Shown: positions 1 to 10,604, numbered from the stretch's first letter. The stretch is DNA of 64,000 nucleotides from an uncultured Chloroflexia bacterium (GCA_963752475.1 CAVVYR010000004.1:192001-256000), one strand, 5' to 3'. The notes: generated from the sequence alone by a model not told the origin. Made by a program: numbers and translations.

Positions 1-54
1 GTCGCGCAGATGGACGTGCGGGTCCACTGCGCCGGGTATCCGAAGGGTCGTCAC
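1..54 (-). CDS. pyrC: Dihydroorotase, N-terminal 18 codons (runs off window)
   Basis: Read manually: AGGAG RBS, then GTG at 54 giving MTTLRIPGAVDPHVHLRD. DxHVHLR metal motif, directly downstream of pyrB. Confidence 0.8.
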   Translation of the reverse strand, partial: MTTLRIPGAVDPHVHLRD

Positions 55-81
55 GGCCCGTCGCTCCTGGTGACTCGACCG

Positions 82-1143
82 CTATTCGTCGTGGGCGCCG
101 AGCACGCCGGCCAGCAGTGCCATCCGCATATACATGCCGTTCTGCATCTGGTGGAAGTAGACCGAGCGCGGGTCGTTGTCGAGGACCGCGTGATCGATCT
201 CGGTACCCATCTCGTGCTTGCGCGGCAGCGGGTGCATCAGGATGGCCTCGTCGGAGGCCCTGGCGAGGACATCGGGCGTCATCACGAAGTCGCCCGCGAT
301 GGCGTCGTAGTCGGCCACCTCCTCGAAGCGCTCCTCCTGGACACGGGTCCAGTAGATGACATCACTCTGGCCGATGACCGAGTCGAGCGAGCTCGTCTCA
401 TTGACCTCGACGCCGCGTCCCTTGACGAAATCGATGACGCTCTGCGGTGTGCGCAGCGACTCGGGCGAGACGAGGTTGATCTTCAGATCCTCGGCACCGT
501 AGAGGGCGAGGATCTTGGCCAGCGAGTGGACCGTACGACCGTGAGCGAGGTCGCCCACGAGCGTCACGGACTGGCCGTCCGCGGTGCCCTTGAAATCGAC
601 GATGGTGAAGAGGTCGAGCAGAGCCTGTGTGGGGTGCTCGCCGATGCCGTCGCCACCGCTGACCACGACCGAGCGGGTGCCGAGTCGGGTGGTCAACTGG
701 TCGAGCGCGTAGGCGGCCTCGTACGAAGAGCGGACCTCCGGATGGCGGAGCACGACGACGTCGGCATAGCTGCCGGCCGCGCGCACGGAGTCGGCCAGGT
801 TCTCACCCTTGTAGACCGAGCTGAACTTGACACCGCCGGCGGTGGCCACGACCTCGCCGCCGAGGCGGAGCATGGCCGCCTGGAAGGACATGTCGGTCCG
901 TGTGCTGGCCTCGAAGAAGAGCGTCGCCATGATGCGACGCCTGCAAAGCTTGAGTACCGACTGATCGCCTGTCCTCACTCGGGACCGAAGATCGCCGGTG
1001 ACCCGGATCAACTCATCGAGGTCCGGCCTGGCGAACTGCTCCACCGAGACGATGTGCTTCCCGGCGAGGGTGCCATCGATGGCGGGCGGGGTGAAAGCGG
1101 CAGAGCCGGTGGACACGCCGACACTGTCGAGCGCAGAGGACAT
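82..1143 (-). CDS. pyrB: Aspartate carbamoyltransferase catalytic subunit
   Basis: FFEASTRT, SSVYKGENLADS, VVLRHP, GDGIGEHPTQALLD, GDLAHGRTVHSL, TRVQEER, ILMHPLPR. Start taken at ATG 1143 (MSSALD). Confidence 0.95.
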   Translation of the reverse strand: MSSALDSVGVSTGSAAFTPPAIDGTLAGKHIVSVEQFARPDLDELIRVTGDLRSRVRTGDQSVLKLCRRRIMATLFFEASTRTDMSFQAAMLRLGGEVVATAGGVKFSSVYKGENLADSVRAAGSYADVVVLRHPEVRSSYEAAYALDQLTTRLGTRSVVVSGGDGIGEHPTQALLDLFTIVDFKGTADGQSVTLVGDLAHGRTVHSLAKILALYGAEDLKINLVSPESLRTPQSVIDFVKGRGVEVNETSSLDSVIGQSDVIYWTRVQEERFEEVADYDAIAGDFVMTPDVLARASDEAILMHPLPRKHEMGTEIDHAVLDNDPRSVYFHQMQNGMYMRMALLAGVLGAHDE

Positions 1144-1455
1144 GAGGCTATCTCCCGAGGGCACTACGGGTATGGGGATTGGGGTCCACGCAGAGTCTAT
1201 CCGACCGTTGCGTCCACGCACCACCCCACGTCTCGCATGGCGGGCGCGAGCGGAGGCCTCGAACGGCGCGCTGTTCAGCCCCTGAGCAATCTCGACCAGC
1301 ATGCGCCGGATCCTGCAGGTCTTGCTCCCCTGCTGGGCACGAGTGCCACCAATGTCCTCGGCAAGAGCAGGAATGACGGATTCGGTGTCGCACGAGCCAA
1401 GATCGCACGCCTGGTGAACATCGGGCTTGCGCCTCGCTATGGGCTTGCGCCCTCG

Positions 1456-2255
1456 CTATCGCCGGCGCACGTGGTCGGGCAGGACGGCTTCGAGCTTCGG
1501 GTAGAGCGACCTCGTTGGCCGCGATGATGGGCGCGCCCACTGAGCAGCGACTCCTCGGTGAGGAAGTCGTTCACGGTGCCACCGGCGGCTTGCACGATGG
1601 CCACGCCCGCAGCGCCGTCCCAGGAGTTGAGGTGCGACTCGATGTAGCCGATGAGCCGGCCGGCAGCGACGTAGGCCAGCGACAGCGCGCCCGAGCCCTC
1701 GCGGTAGTAGACGACGCCCTGTCGCAGCAGCGCGTCGACGATGGGTACGATCTCGTCGGCCCCGATGCGCGGGCTCATGCCGATCGAGAGCAGTCCATCG
1801 TCGAGGCTGGTGCTGTCCGAGACACGGATGGGCCGGCCGTTGAGCGTGGCCCCGTGGCCGACTCGCCCGACGAAGACCTCGTCGCGCGCGGGTGCAGCCA
1901 GGAACCCCATCTCCAGCCGGCCGCGGTGGGCGAAACCGATGGACACGCACCAGGAAGAGAGCTCCTTGAGGAACGGCTGCGTGCCGTCGATGGGATCGAC
2001 GATCCAGAGATCATCGGCAGCGGCCTTGTTGTGCCCGAACTCCTCACCGAAGAAGGCGTCGTCGGGGAAGCGCTCCTCGATGGCCCTTCGGATGAGCTGC
2101 TCGACCTCGGTATCCGCCTCCGAGACCACGTCTTGCGTGCCCTTGGAGCGAACGGTCAACGACTCCTGACCCTCGAAGTAGTGCTGCGCCAGGGCGGCCG
2201 CCTCGACGATGAGCTCCTGCCCGAAGGCGTAGCGGTCGCTCAGGGGATCGGTCAT
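1456..2255 (-). CDS. Inositol monophosphatase family protein (frameshifts near the C-terminus, probably sequencing error)
   Basis: DVVSEAD, FFGEE, WIVDPIDGT, WDGAAG. C-terminus continues in other frames (GAPIIAANE..YPKLEAVLPDHVRRR*). ATGA overlap with the ROK gene. Confidence 0.88.
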
Positions 2256-3160
2256 GCACTCTCCTCTGCCCACAGCCAGGCCGCACCACGCACGCCGCTG
2301 CTGTCGCCGTGCTTCGACTTCACGATGGGCGTGGTGAAGACGGTGGTGAAGGTGTACTGCAGGATCTCGCCCGGCAGCCGCTCATACAGCTCGTCCACGT
2401 TCGACATGCCCCCGCCGAGCACGAAGACGTCAGGGTCGAGCACGTTGACGATGACGGCCAGCCCCCGGGCCACACGGTTGATGTAGCGATCGAGGAGCCC
2501 TGCTGCGAGCGAGTCACCCGCGCGCGCAAGCTCGACGATATCGGAACCGTGGCGCCGCTCGCCGGCGGCCGCTTCGTACTGGGCCTGGAAGGCACGGCCG
2601 GAGACCCATGTCTCCATGCAGCCGTTGAGGCCGCACCAACAGCTCGGGCCCGGGAGCTCGTCCTCTTCCGGCCAGGGCAAGGGGTTGTGGCCCCAGTCAG
2701 CAGCGTTGTTGTTGGGTCCGTGGTGCGCCACTCCATCGACGGCCACACCGGCCCCCACGCCGCTGGCGAAGTTGGCGGCGTAGACCACGCGGTAGCCGGC
2801 ACCGGCGCCGTCGCGCGCCTCAGACGCGGCCAGCAGATCGGCATCATTGACAGCGCGGATCTCGCGGCCGGCGAGCGCCTCACGCAGGTCCTTCTCCACG
2901 GGCTGTCCGATCATCCAGGTGGAACTGGCGCCCTTGCCCAGCCCGGTCTCCGGGTCGATGGACCCAGGGATGCCGATACCGACGCGATCGACGCGGCCGA
3001 CCGCCGCTTCGGCACGCGAGACCATCTGCGCGATCGCCACGAGGCAGGCGGCGTAGTCCCCGCGCGGCGTGTCCACCCGCTCGCGGAAGTGCTCGACGCC
3101 CTCCGCGGTCATGGCCACGGCCTCGATCTTGGTGCCACCCCAGTCGACTCCGACAAGCAT
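2252..3160 (-). CDS. ROK family sugar kinase (fructokinase/Mak-like)
   Basis: VGVDWGGTKIE, GIGIPGS, WGHNPLPW, CWCGLNGCMETWVSG, DVFVLGGGMSNV, HGDSSGVRGAAWL. Confidence 0.92.
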   Translation of the reverse strand: MLVGVDWGGTKIEAVAMTAEGVEHFRERVDTPRGDYAACLVAIAQMVSRAEAAVGRVDRVGIGIPGSIDPETGLGKGASSTWMIGQPVEKDLREALAGREIRAVNDADLLAASEARDGAGAGYRVVYAANFASGVGAGVAVDGVAHHGPNNNAADWGHNPLPWPEEDELPGPSCWCGLNGCMETWVSGRAFQAQYEAAAGERRHGSDIVELARAGDSLAAGLLDRYINRVARGLAVIVNVLDPDVFVLGGGMSNVDELYERLPGEILQYTFTTVFTTPIVKSKHGDSSGVRGAAWLWAEESA

Positions 3161-3212
3161 GGCTCTGAGTATGCACGGTCGCGCTCCCTGAGACGGCCGT
3201 CGGACGCGAGCG

Positions 3213-3833
3213 CTAGCCGGTCCCAGGCTCCACGATCCGTAGCAGGTCGACGCTCAGCCGCTGAGCCAGGAGCCCCGGGTCGACGTCCGGCCGGCGCGCC
3301 AGCTCAGCCCCGGCGAAGACCGCCCGGTAGAGGATCCGGCCGTCCAGTTCGGGGTCGAGATCGGCCCGGAAGGCCCCGGTGGCCAGCCCTCGTCGCAGGA
3401 GGTCCGCAACGATGCCCTCAGCTCGTTCCTCGTGGGCCTGCATCGTCGCGCGCAGATCCGCGGGCAACGCGGCCGTGAGCGCACTGAGCGAAGGATGTCC
3501 GGCCCTGATCGACTCGACGGCGGCGCTCACGAGCAGCCCGAACGCAGCCCGCGGGTCGTCCTCGCTCGCGAGCTGCCGAGCCAGCTCCTCGGTCCCGACA
3601 TCGCCCAGCTCGACCATCCCGGCCAGGACGGCATCCACGTCCGGCCAGTAGTTGTAGAGCGTCTGCCGGGAGACCCCGGCGCGCGCGGCCAGCGCCGACA
3701 TCGAAAGCCCGGCGAGGCCCTCCTCGCTGACGATGTACATGGCGGCCACGAGGATGCTGGTGCGCGTGCGGCTGCGCCGTTCGCTCAGCTGCCCAGTCGC
3801 CGCCATCGTGACCGTGCCCTCGCTGTCCATCAT
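3213..3833 (-). CDS. TetR/AcrR family transcriptional regulator
   Basis: N-terminal HTH LSMSALAARAGVSRQTLYNYW. Confidence 0.92.
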   Translation of the reverse strand: MMDSEGTVTMAATGQLSERRSRTRTSILVAAMYIVSEEGLAGLSMSALAARAGVSRQTLYNYWPDVDAVLAGMVELGDVGTEELARQLASEDDPRAAFGLLVSAAVESIRAGHPSLSALTAALPADLRATMQAHEERAEGIVADLLRRGLATGAFRADLDPELDGRILYRAVFAGAELARRPDVDPGLLAQRLSVDLLRIVEPGTG

Positions 3834-4583
3834 GGCCGACGATACGCGCGAGCGGCAAGCGCCGCGAAGACGACCGTCAGCCCGACGATCCAGGCGGACG
3901 ATGCGAGCAAGAGGCGGCCCGCCGGCTCGCCGGCTGCCAGCGCCCGCGCGGTGTCGCTGACGACGGAAATCGGCTGCACCTCCGCAAACAGGCGCACCAG
4001 GTCATGCATGCCATCGGTCGGGACGAAAGCGCTCGAGGCCAGCATGAGTGGGAAAAGCCAGAACATCGAGAGCATGCCCACGGTCTCGGCGTTGCGCACC
4101 CGTGCGCCGACCCAGGCGCCGACCCAGGAGAAGGCATAGCCGAGCCCAACGACCACGATGATCATGCCCACGGCGCCGGCGAGGGACTCAGCTCGAAAGC
4201 CCATGACGTAGCCGAGCGCGATCACCAGTAGTACTCCGACCGAGTTGCGCACGGTGTCCGCCAAGGTCCGGCCGGCAATGACCGCGATCTGGCTCATCGG
4301 TAGGGAGCGAAAGCGGTCGACGACCCCGGCTGAGAGATCGAGGGCCAGGCCGGTGCCGGTCTGCTGCGCACCGTTGACGACGGTGATGACGAGCACGCCG
4401 GGCAGCAGGAACTGGAGGTAGTCGACCCCGGAGCCGGCGGCGATGACGCTGCCGAAGACGTAGTAGAAGAGCAGCAGGAAGAAGATGCCCATGATCACCG
4501 AGAAGGTGAGCTGCTCCGGCAGCCGGGCGGTGCGGATGAGGTCGCGCCGGGCGATGTTCAGGCTGTCGATGACGCCTGATCAC
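3830..4583 (-). CDS. ABC-2 type permease (DrrB-like); probable 1-nt error just after the start
   Basis: YLQFLLPGV, GVVDRFRSLPM, ASSAFVP, QPIS. The frame extends upstream as VIDSLNIARRDLIRTARLPEQL. GTG at 4583 overlaps the ATPase stop but is out of frame. Confidence 0.88.
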
Positions 4584-5572
4584 GCGGCCACCTCCTCGCT
4601 CGCCTCGGACTCCGTACCGGTCGGGCGCCCAGTAATCTCGATGAAGACGTCGTCAAGGGTTGGACGACGCAGCTGGAAATCAGCGAGGGCGATCCCGTCC
4701 TGGTCGAGTCGCCGCAGGGCCACAAGGCTCTCTTCGGTGTCGGCCACGGCCACGTGCAGGGTGCGCTCGTCGACGGCCACCGCGGTCAGCGGCTCGATGG
4801 CCGAACGTGCCGCCGGCACCTGCGCCGCGTCCGCCACGCTGACCTCGAGGACATCCCGTCCCAGACGGGTCTTGAGCTCCCGGCTGGTGCCCTCGGCCAC
4901 GACCGTGCCGTGGTCGATGATGATGATCTGGTCGGCCAGCTGGTCGGCCTCCTCGAGGTACTGGGTCGTGAGCACGACGGCAGCGCCGGCGTCGCGGATG
5001 GCGCGGATCTCGTCCCAGATGGCGGCGCGGCCGCGAGGATCGAGCCCAGTGGTGGGCTCGTCGAGGAAGATGGCCGGCGGTTCCGCGATAAGGGCCACGA
5101 CCAGATCCAGGCGGCGTCGCTCGCCCCCCGAGAGAGTCGCCGCGAGGCGACCGGCGTACGCCTCCATCCCGAAACGCTCGATGAGTTCGGCCACGCGCGC
5201 GGCGCGCCGTGGCCCAGGCAGGTGGTAGAGCCGCCCGAACAGGTCCAGGTTCTGACGCACGCTGAGCATGTCGTCCACGGCCGCACTCTGGCCAGCCAGG
5301 CCGATGCTGCCGCGGACGGCCGAGGGGTCCGTGGCGACATCGTGTCCGGCTACGCTGGCCCGGCCAGCGTCGATGGGCAACAGCGTGGTCAGCAGCTTCA
5401 CGGTGGTGGTCTTGCCAGCGCCGTTGGGACCGAGGACTCCGAGGACCGATCCAGCCGCGACGGAGAAGCTCAGACCGTCCACGGCCACGACTTTGCCGAA
5501 TCGCTTGCGCAGCTCCTCGGCCTGGATCACCGGCGATGCAAGGGCGGTGGTTGCGCGTTCGTAGGTTGACAT
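4580..5572 (-). CDS. ABC transporter ATP-binding protein (DrrA-like)
   Basis: Walker A GPNGAGKTT, LSGGERRRL, IFLDEPTTGLDP, TTQYLEEAD, RPTLDDVF. Confidence 0.95.
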   Translation of the reverse strand: MSTYERATTALASPVIQAEELRKRFGKVVAVDGLSFSVAAGSVLGVLGPNGAGKTTTVKLLTTLLPIDAGRASVAGHDVATDPSAVRGSIGLAGQSAAVDDMLSVRQNLDLFGRLYHLPGPRRAARVAELIERFGMEAYAGRLAATLSGGERRRLDLVVALIAEPPAIFLDEPTTGLDPRGRAAIWDEIRAIRDAGAAVVLTTQYLEEADQLADQIIIIDHGTVVAEGTSRELKTRLGRDVLEVSVADAAQVPAARSAIEPLTAVAVDERTLHVAVADTEESLVALRRLDQDGIALADFQLRRPTLDDVFIEITGRPTGTESEASEEVAA

Positions 5573-5607
5573 ACTGTCAATCTAGACAATGATTGACAGG
5601 TTGTCAA
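5566..5607 (-). promoter_or_regulatory. Leaderless sigma70-type promoter with two TTGACA-N3-TGTCAA palindromic operators
   Basis: Minus strand: TTGACA(5607-5602)-N17-TAGATT(5584-5579)-N6-ATG(5572). Palindromes at 5566-5580 and 5593-5607. Confidence 0.75.
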
Positions 5608-5648
5608 CCTAGGCCATCCGTTGCTGGGCACCCTAGAGTGGGTCCGAC

Positions 5649-6569
5649 ATGACCTCGCCCATCGAACGACTCCGCGTGACCGTCGTCAGCCGCACGACGG
5701 GTCTCTTCGCCCACGGCAACGACCCCATGGCGCACACCATGGACTACGCCGGCGACCCTGGGCTCTTCGGCCCCGACTCCATCACCTGGGAGGTGATGGG
5801 CGACGTCTCCGGCTTCGTGGCCGGCATCCGGGCGCTGCTTATCCAGGCCGCGCATCCGGAGGTCGTCGCCGGTGTGGCCGACCACTCGCGCTATCGCGAG
5901 GATCCGCTGGGCCGGCTGTCGCGTACGTCCGACTACGTCACCGCTACCTCCTATGGCGCGATGCCGGAGGTCGAGCAGGCCGTGCGCATCGTGCGGGCCG
6001 CCCACCGGCGTGTGGTGGGTATCTCGCATCGCGGCCTGGCCTACCGCGCCGATGACCCACCGCTGGCGGCCTGGGTCCACAACTCCCTGACCGACAGCTT
6101 CCTGGCCTGCCATCGGGCCTATGGCGCGCGCCAGCTGAGCCAGAAGGAGGCGGACCAGTTCGTCTGGGAGCAGATGCGGATCGGCCGGCTGCTCGACGCC
6201 GATCCGCTGCCTGAGACGGAGGCGGAGCTGTCTGAGTGGGTCGCCGAGCATCCCGCGGTGGGGCCGTCGCCCGGCATGCGCGAAGCCGTCGGCTTCCTGC
6301 GTCAGCCACCGCTCGACCCGGCCGTGCTGCTGGCCTACCAGGTGCTGGGCAGCGCTGCCATCGAAGTCGTGCCACCACGTATCCGGGCCGCCTTGGCGCT
6401 GAAGCCACGCCCGGGCGCGTGGCAGGTGGGTCGGGCATCCACGACCGCCATGCGCTGGGCGCTGGCGGCATCACCCCGCTGGCGTCAGGCGCTGTTGCGC
6501 GTGGGCGCGCCGGTCGACGAGCGACGCTTCAAGCAGAAGGCACCCTTCGAGACGCTGGAGAAGACATGA
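5649..6569 (+). CDS. Oxygenase MpaB/DUF2236 family protein
   Basis: GLFGPDSITWEV, RALLIQAAHPEVVAGVADHS, GRLSRT, YRADDP..AWVH. Confidence 0.88.
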   Translation: MTSPIERLRVTVVSRTTGLFAHGNDPMAHTMDYAGDPGLFGPDSITWEVMGDVSGFVAGIRALLIQAAHPEVVAGVADHSRYREDPLGRLSRTSDYVTATSYGAMPEVEQAVRIVRAAHRRVVGISHRGLAYRADDPPLAAWVHNSLTDSFLACHRAYGARQLSQKEADQFVWEQMRIGRLLDADPLPETEAELSEWVAEHPAVGPSPGMREAVGFLRQPPLDPAVLLAYQVLGSAAIEVVPPRIRAALALKPRPGAWQVGRASTTAMRWALAASPRWRQALLRVGAPVDERRFKQKAPFETLEKT

Positions 6570-7423
6570 CCGATCTGGAGCTGTACGAGACCCTGGAGCG
6601 CATCGGTCAGAAGCCGGAGGTCTACTCGCGCTACACGGTAGATGCGCTGTGGTCCTCTCCGGACATCTCCGAGATGATGCTCAGCTACCACCTCGACGGC
6701 GAACTCGATCTGGCCTCGCGGCGCATGGAGTTCATCGAGCGCTCGTTCGACTGGCTCACATCCAAGTTCGAGCTGAGCGATGGCTCACACGTCATCGACC
6801 TCGGCTGCGGGCCTGGGCTCTACGCCAACCGGCTGGCGCGTCGCGGGGCCACCGTCACCGGTGTCGACATCTCCCCACGCTCGATCGAGTACGCCCGCGA
6901 GCAGGCGGCGGCGGATGGGCTGGAGATCGACTACCGCCTCGGTGACTACCTCGAGATCGATCTCGGCTCAGGCTACGACCTGGTCACGATGATCATGTGT
7001 GACTTCTGTGCCTTCTCACCCGAGCAGCGCGGACGGATCCTGCGACGTGCCGGGGAGCTGCTGGCACCTGGCGGCGCCTTCCTCTTCGACGTCTACTCGG
7101 AGGCCTACTACGAGACGTGGGACGAGCACGTAGCCTTCGGCGAAGGGATGATGGACGGCTTCTGGTCGGCCGAGCCCTACTTCGGCTTCCTGCATACGTT
7201 CCGCTACGACGAGCAGAAGGTGGCGCTGGAGAAGTACTTCATCGTCGAGCGCGATAGGCAGACCGAGTACTTCAACTGGTTCCAGCACTACTCGCTTGCG
7301 TCGCTCACGGCGGAGGTCGAAGCGGCCGGACTGATCGTGGATGAGGCGTTCGGCGACGTCGCCGGCGAGGAGTTCGACGCTTCGCTGCCAGAATTCGCGG
7401 TGGTGGTGCGTCGGCCGGCCTAG
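6566..7423 (+). CDS. Class I SAM-dependent methyltransferase
   Basis: VIDLGCGPGLY, VTGVDISPRSIEYA. ATG 6566 overlaps the upstream stop. Confidence 0.9.
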   Translation: MTDLELYETLERIGQKPEVYSRYTVDALWSSPDISEMMLSYHLDGELDLASRRMEFIERSFDWLTSKFELSDGSHVIDLGCGPGLYANRLARRGATVTGVDISPRSIEYAREQAAADGLEIDYRLGDYLEIDLGSGYDLVTMIMCDFCAFSPEQRGRILRRAGELLAPGGAFLFDVYSEAYYETWDEHVAFGEGMMDGFWSAEPYFGFLHTFRYDEQKVALEKYFIVERDRQTEYFNWFQHYSLASLTAEVEAAGLIVDEAFGDVAGEEFDASLPEFAVVVRRPA

Positions 7424-7746
7424 TGTCCTCGGCGCAACCGCGCCAAGGCTCGCACCGAGCCCGACCAGGCGATGAAGGTCCAGCCGACGAGCAGGGCGAT
7501 GATGAGCCCGAACCAGATGGGCTCCAGTTCGGCATGCCAGGCCCAAAGGAAGACCCCCAGAGGCAGGATCGCGATCCAGGCGATGACCGCAGAGGCCATG
7601 TCGAGGCCCTCGAGCCAGGCCCACGTGTCCGCCGGCAGCGTCGACTCCGTGAAGGCGGCCAGCGCCACATAGACCCAGACGACCACGAAGACGATCGCGG
7701 CCAGGATCGGCAGCACGGTGTCGAGAAAGCGGCCAAGACGGCTCAT
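7420..7746 (-). CDS. Small membrane protein (3 TM), hypothetical
   Basis: MSRLGRFLDTVLPILAAIVFVVVWVYVALAAF...; hydrophobic segments and GC3-biased codons. Confidence 0.7.
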   Translation of the reverse strand: MSRLGRFLDTVLPILAAIVFVVVWVYVALAAFTESTLPADTWAWLEGLDMASAVIAWIAILPLGVFLWAWHAELEPIWFGLIIALLVGWTFIAWSGSVRALARLRRGH

Positions 7747-8001
7747 CGGTCGATGGTAGATCCCGCCGATGGCACGTGGAGATCGGGTCGCCACTCGCAT
7801 CGGCGCTTGCATCCCGCACTTGCGTCCGATGCAAGAGATCGATCGGCCGATCGGTTGGAATGTCCATCCCTTGCTCGGTGGTGCACGCGGCTGTCGGCAG
7901 CTTGCAGGTCCTGCAAGGAACCGGCAGAACACCAGCCGAGGCTGGCCCGGTCTTGCGCGTGATGCCAGGCCACAGCCCGCAGGCTCTCGGAGCGCCGCCT
8001 G

Positions 8002-8970
8002 TCAGATGCGATATCGCGGATGCTCTCGGTACCAATCGAGAGTCAGTGCAAGAGCATCCTCATGGGGCGTCGGGCTGGCCCCGAATGCGTCCTCGAAGCG
8101 CTCATGAGAGACGTGAAGGGGCCGCTCGAAGAGGTAGAGCATCTCGGCCACCTCGGCCGTGTCGGGCTGGAACAAGCCGAGGAACCTGATCACGCCGCCG
8201 CTGATGCGGGAGGCGCGGACCTTGGCCTCGACGCCAACGTGCTTGCCAGCGGTCACGAGCAACTCGCGGTGCGATCGAGCGGGCGCCGCGGGCAGGTGCC
8301 AGATCCGACCCAGGGCGTCCGGCTCCCGACCCAGCACCGCCAGACCCCGAGCGACGTCGTCGATGAAGGCGTAGGCATGAGGGACATCGGAGTTCCCGAT
8401 GACGTTGACGGTTCGGCCATCCATGAGCGGGTAGAAGTGCCGCTGCCCGAAGGTGGACCCGAAGGCGGAGTTGAGAGCACCAGGACCGTACAGATCCGCC
8501 GTCCGGCCGATAGCTCCCTCGAGCCGCCCCTCGCGTAGCGCGGTCATGAACGTGGCCGACATCTCGGCTCGCAACCGACCCTTGCGCGTCGCGGCGGTAG
8601 CTCCTGACTCCTCCGTCAGCTCGCCGTCTACCTGACCGTAGACATAGACGGAATCGTGATAGATGAGCCGTGCGCCGACCGCGGCCGCGGCACCGATGGC
8701 AGCGACCAAGCGAGCGGGAAAGAGCGCGTACCAGTCGACATAGTGGGCGTTGAGGAGCAGATACACGACCGATGCGTCGGCGCAGACGGCCGCCAGCGCG
8801 GCCGCGTCTGCTCCATCCACGGCTCGCGGTTCGCTGTCGGGCATGTCATAGGCCCGGTCGCCCATGATGCTCCAGAGATCGGCGTCGATCCCGACAGCCC
8901 GAAGCTGGGCCTGCAGCGACACGCCCAGCGGGCCTGCCCCAAGGATGACCTGACGCCCATCACCTCTCAC
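8002..8970 (-). CDS. NAD-dependent epimerase/dehydratase (extended SDR) family
   Basis: VILGAGPLG, VYVYG, TRKGRLRAEM, DLYGPG, HAYAFIDDVARG, WHLP. Confidence 0.88.
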   Translation of the reverse strand: MRGDGRQVILGAGPLGVSLQAQLRAVGIDADLWSIMGDRAYDMPDSEPRAVDGADAAALAAVCADASVVYLLLNAHYVDWYALFPARLVAAIGAAAAVGARLIYHDSVYVYGQVDGELTEESGATAATRKGRLRAEMSATFMTALREGRLEGAIGRTADLYGPGALNSAFGSTFGQRHFYPLMDGRTVNVIGNSDVPHAYAFIDDVARGLAVLGREPDALGRIWHLPAAPARSHRELLVTAGKHVGVEAKVRASRISGGVIRFLGLFQPDTAEVAEMLYLFERPLHVSHERFEDAFGASPTPHEDALALTLDWYREHPRYRI

Positions 8971-9186
8971 GTCTCACCTTTACATGCGCCTTGCGACCCA
9001 ACGTCTTCGGACCTAGTCTCCACGCGGGGCAATGATGCAGACCGTCTAGGGAGCCAGCAAGTGTGCTCGCAACCATGTCTGTCGACATCGAGGCGCCACC
9101 CGAGCGCGCGTGGAGTTCCTCTTCAGCTGAAGCGACTGGCTGAAGCGACGAAGGGCGCGAGGGCCCACCGGTGAAGGGGACGCTGC

Positions 9187-9660
9187 ATGACGGCACAGCG
9201 CGAACGCCCATCGAGGCTCGCCAAGCTCGGCTTCAAGGTCCCGGTTTGGCTCTATCGCGCGCATCTCGGCTTCCTCTTCGGGGGCCGGATCTTCGCCATC
9301 GTCCACCACGGCCGCAAGTCGGGGAAGCGCTACGTGTCCGGCCTGGAGGTCCTCGCCCGCCGCGGTGGCGAGCTCTTGGTCTTCTCGGCCTGGGGCACCA
9401 AGGCCGACTGGTATCGCAACATCGAAGCCGGTGGCATCGATGAGCTCTGGGACGGTCGTGCTCGCTACCCCGGGGCGGAGTTCCGCCGGCTCGAGCCAGA
9501 TGAGTCCGATGAGGTCATCGCCGCTTACGAGCGCGAGCACCACGGCACGGCGAAGCGGACGCTGCCACGGATGCTGGAGGGCTACGACTTCAGCGACGAG
9601 ATGCGGTGGGAGTTGGCCAAGGCCGGAACGATCATCGCCTTCAGACCCAAGGTGGTGTAG
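9187..9660 (+). CDS. Nitroreductase family deazaflavin (F420)-dependent oxidoreductase (DDN-like)
   Basis: PVWLYRAHLG, HHGRKSGK, WGTKADWYRNI. Confidence 0.85.
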   Translation: MTAQRERPSRLAKLGFKVPVWLYRAHLGFLFGGRIFAIVHHGRKSGKRYVSGLEVLARRGGELLVFSAWGTKADWYRNIEAGGIDELWDGRARYPGAEFRRLEPDESDEVIAAYEREHHGTAKRTLPRMLEGYDFSDEMRWELAKAGTIIAFRPKVV

Positions 9661-9788
9661 TCAGCGAGCTGGTGCCGACCGGCACCGGTTACTTCGTACC
9701 AGGGTCGAATCAGTACTTGAGGTATGGCACGGTGGGGACCTTCGGATGCACCAGGGACGGTTTGGTGCACCTCTCCACCGGAGGACCC

Positions 9789-10604
9789 ATGGCCATCAAG
9801 CGACCCGGCGGGAAGCTCAAGCGCACACTCGCGGCGGCGGTTGCGGCTGCGCTGTTGGCCGCCGCGCTGCCCGCAGGCATGACGGCCGCGGCCAAGGCCG
9901 ACGATAGCTGCAAGGTCCACAACCTGGGCAAGGGCATCGATCGCGACTCGCTTCAGAAGGCGGTACGCGCCGCCGACCCCGGAGACGCCCTGCTGGTACA
10001 AGGTCGCTGCGCCGGGCCCGCGCTCATCGACAAGGACCTCGACATCAGCTACATGGGCTGGGCTGGTGCGCCGATGCCGCTCGGCAGCCAGTACGTGGCC
10101 GAGCCGCGCGGACGTATCGTCACCGATGGCTCTGGCCCGGCGCTCGTCATCGACCCCGACGTCCCCGGACTGACCATCAATCCCGGACTCGCAGTCAAGG
10201 GCGGCATCGTCATCGGCGACGTCAAGACCTGGCACGACACACTGCCCTCGGTCATCGCCACGACCGCCGGCACCAGCCTCAGCGACTGCCACCTCCGCAA
10301 CGACGACACCGCGGTGGAGTTCGCGGCCAGCCAGGCCGCTCTCGACGCAGCGAGCGCCGGCGACGACCTGTCGATCCGCGGGACGTGTACCGGTGAGACC
10401 GTCATCGACGAGGCGGCCCGCGTTGCCGGTTGGCGTATCGCCATCTCGGCACTGACGTTGGGCGAAAAGCCTGCCGGCACCGACGACTCGGGTCCGGCCA
10501 CGCTGGAGCGGGTCACCGTCGACACCGGCGTCGACAGCCTCGTGCTCAAGGACGTGCGCATCACCAACGGCTTCAGCATCCGGGACCTGACGCCGGCGTC
10601 CTGA
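9789..10604 (+). CDS. Secreted hypothetical protein with two internal repeats
   Basis: GGAGG RBS and signal peptide. Repeats SLQKAVRAADPGDALLVQGRC and ASQAALDAASAGDDLSIRGTC resemble beta-helix N-caps. Confidence 0.7.
   Translation: MAIKRPGGKLKRTLAAAVAAALLAAALPAGMTAAAKADDSCKVHNLGKGIDRDSLQKAVRAADPGDALLVQGRCAGPALIDKDLDISYMGWAGAPMPLGSQYVAEPRGRIVTDGSGPALVIDPDVPGLTINPGLAVKGGIVIGDVKTWHDTLPSVIATTAGTSLSDCHLRNDDTAVEFAASQAALDAASAGDDLSIRGTCTGETVIDEAARVAGWRIAISALTLGEKPAGTDDSGPATLERVTVDTGVDSLVLKDVRITNGFSIRDLTPAS

Noticed and set aside
1144-1455. PyrR attenuator upstream of pyrB; 18/19-bp tandem repeat at 1423-1459
   Set aside because: No AGUCC..GAGGC binding loop or U-tailed terminator is visible. The short repeat has no evident function and lies near other sequence errors.
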